Of a DNA stretch of 64,000 nucleotides, positions 63,000-64,000 are shown in pieces. Numbering within the stretch: the stretch's first letter is position 1; every line of letters starts with the position of its first letter. The position numbers were made by a program, and so were the translations under genes. This DNA is from Bradymonadia bacterium (GTDB lineage Bacteria; Myxococcota_A; Bradymonadia; UBA7976; UBA1532). The DNA lies in the NCBI GenBank assembly GCA_049318805.1, contig JBMOFP010000005.1:960-64959 (forward strand). The letters are read 5' to 3'. The notes under the pieces are model-generated. The model ran no database searches, was not told the DNA's origin, and saw only the letters and a list, made by a program, of their open reading frames with translations.

Positions 63000-63923
63000 T
63001 CATCGATACGTCGTGTATTGCGCGCGTCCGTGCTCGCGCCACCACTTCATCCATCGCTCCCAGGCCGCGCGGCGCTCCATCGGCGGGGCGTCGACCAGGT
63101 AGCCGTAGTTCTGATGTGTGGCGCGCCGAAGCTCCTGGAAGGCGCCGGCGCGCACCGGTCGTTGCTCGTTGAGCAGACCGTCGAGCAGCCACTCCATGCG
63201 GGGTCGCGCGCGGTTTTTCTCCCACCACCGGAGCCACTTCCACGCTTCGTGGCCCAGATCGGCGCGGGTCACCTCGACCAACGCGCGGTGCGACGCGTCA
63301 TGGAGCGCCAGGGTGGCGTCGTCGAGCAGCGCCGCGAGGTCGGGGATGGCCTCGGCGACCCGAAGTCGGGCGACCGCTTCGATGGAGGTCTTGCGCTGCC
63401 GCCCCGTGCCCTCGAGGAGGCCCGCGCGGAGGCGTTCGATGGCGCCCTCGTAGAGGGCCGAGTCCCGGTACGACTCCAGCGTGAAGAGCGCGATGTCGCG
63501 CACGCTCGCGTCCGAGTCGTGCACGCGGTCGACGACGAGATCGAGCGACCTCGGGCTGCGCAGCGTGGTGAAGGCGTAAACGGCGTAGTACCGGATCTCC
63601 GGTGAGAGGTGCCGACAGAGAGCGGGCAGGCGGAGAATCGCCAACGGTCCGAAGCGCGCGAAGGCGTGGAGCAAACCGCTGTGCCGCTCGAACGGCTGGG
63701 TGCCGGCGGGCTGCGCGAAACGGTCGACGGTCAGGTGCCCGGGGAACGCCGCCACCAAAGCGTCTACGGCCGCCTCGCCCGCGGCCAGGAGCAGCGTCTC
63801 GGCGCCCGCTCGAAGTTCGACGTCCAGGAGGGCGAGGTCCTGGACCGCACGGCCGAGCTGGACCTCCGTCACGGGTAGCGAGCCCGAGGTCCGCGGGCGC
63901 TGGTTCGGTCCGACGAGGGGCAT
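63000..63923 (-). CDS. HEAT/PBS-lyase-like repeat protein (hypothetical)
   Basis: The sequence has alpha-solenoid repeats (…DSDASVRDIALFTLE…, …SPEIRYYAVYAFTTL…). The N-terminus may extend beyond the window. Confidence 0.45.
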   Translation of the reverse strand: MPLVGPNQRPRTSGSLPVTEVQLGRAVQDLALLDVELRAGAETLLLAAGEAAVDALVAAFPGHLTVDRFAQPAGTQPFERHSGLLHAFARFGPLAILRLPALCRHLSPEIRYYAVYAFTTLRSPRSLDLVVDRVHDSDASVRDIALFTLESYRDSALYEGAIERLRAGLLEGTGRQRKTSIEAVARLRVAEAIPDLAALLDDATLALHDASHRALVEVTRADLGHEAWKWLRWWEKNRARPRMEWLLDGLLNEQRPVRAGAFQELRRATHQNYGYLVDAPPMERRAAWERWMKWWREHGRAQYTTYR

Positions 63924-64000
63924 TTCGTTGGGTGCTGCGCGTCGCTCGACGCGGGGCGGCGTCGGCTCGACCGGAACCGACTCCGGGGCCTCGGGGAGGG

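Overview
This 64 kb window is about 70% GC and densely coding. It reads as chromosomal DNA from a Myxococcota-type deltaproteobacterium. Three features point that way: a MopE-like Cys-rich metal-binding repeat, several sigma-54 enhancer-binding proteins, and many TPR and FHA proteins. I found no rRNA, tRNA, CRISPR array or mobile element.

The window contains:
- Core housekeeping genes: pfkA, pyk, mutS, a xerD-like recombinase, scpA/scpB, rsmI, a ctaB-like heme O synthase, and a conserved rpsP–KH–rimM–trmD–rplS–yraN ribosomal/tRNA-modification cluster.
- A c-di-GMP/sigma-54 signalling module: a PilZ protein, a small protein, an HDOD protein and a GAF-type enhancer-binding protein. Downstream is a perfect sigma-54 promoter with three upstream repeat sites, driving a J-domain protein gene.
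- A divergent pair of sulfatase-like genes.
- A contiguous block (29.3–50.9 kb) of TPR, FHA and TonB-C-type genes. Its domain order matches the Myxococcus gliding-motility Glt G1 cluster (GltD/E/F/G/H/I), and it ends in a giant gene for a 3991-aa TPR protein (GltI/AgmK-like) that carries a 24-nt tandem repeat.
- The most unusual item: an operon divergent from pfkA whose first gene fuses an FHA domain to a full-length CpaF/TadA-type secretion ATPase fold with no P-loop and altered catalytic boxes, that is, a pseudo-ATPase.

The ORF track lists many long ORFs antisense to real genes. I treat these as artefacts of the high GC content.
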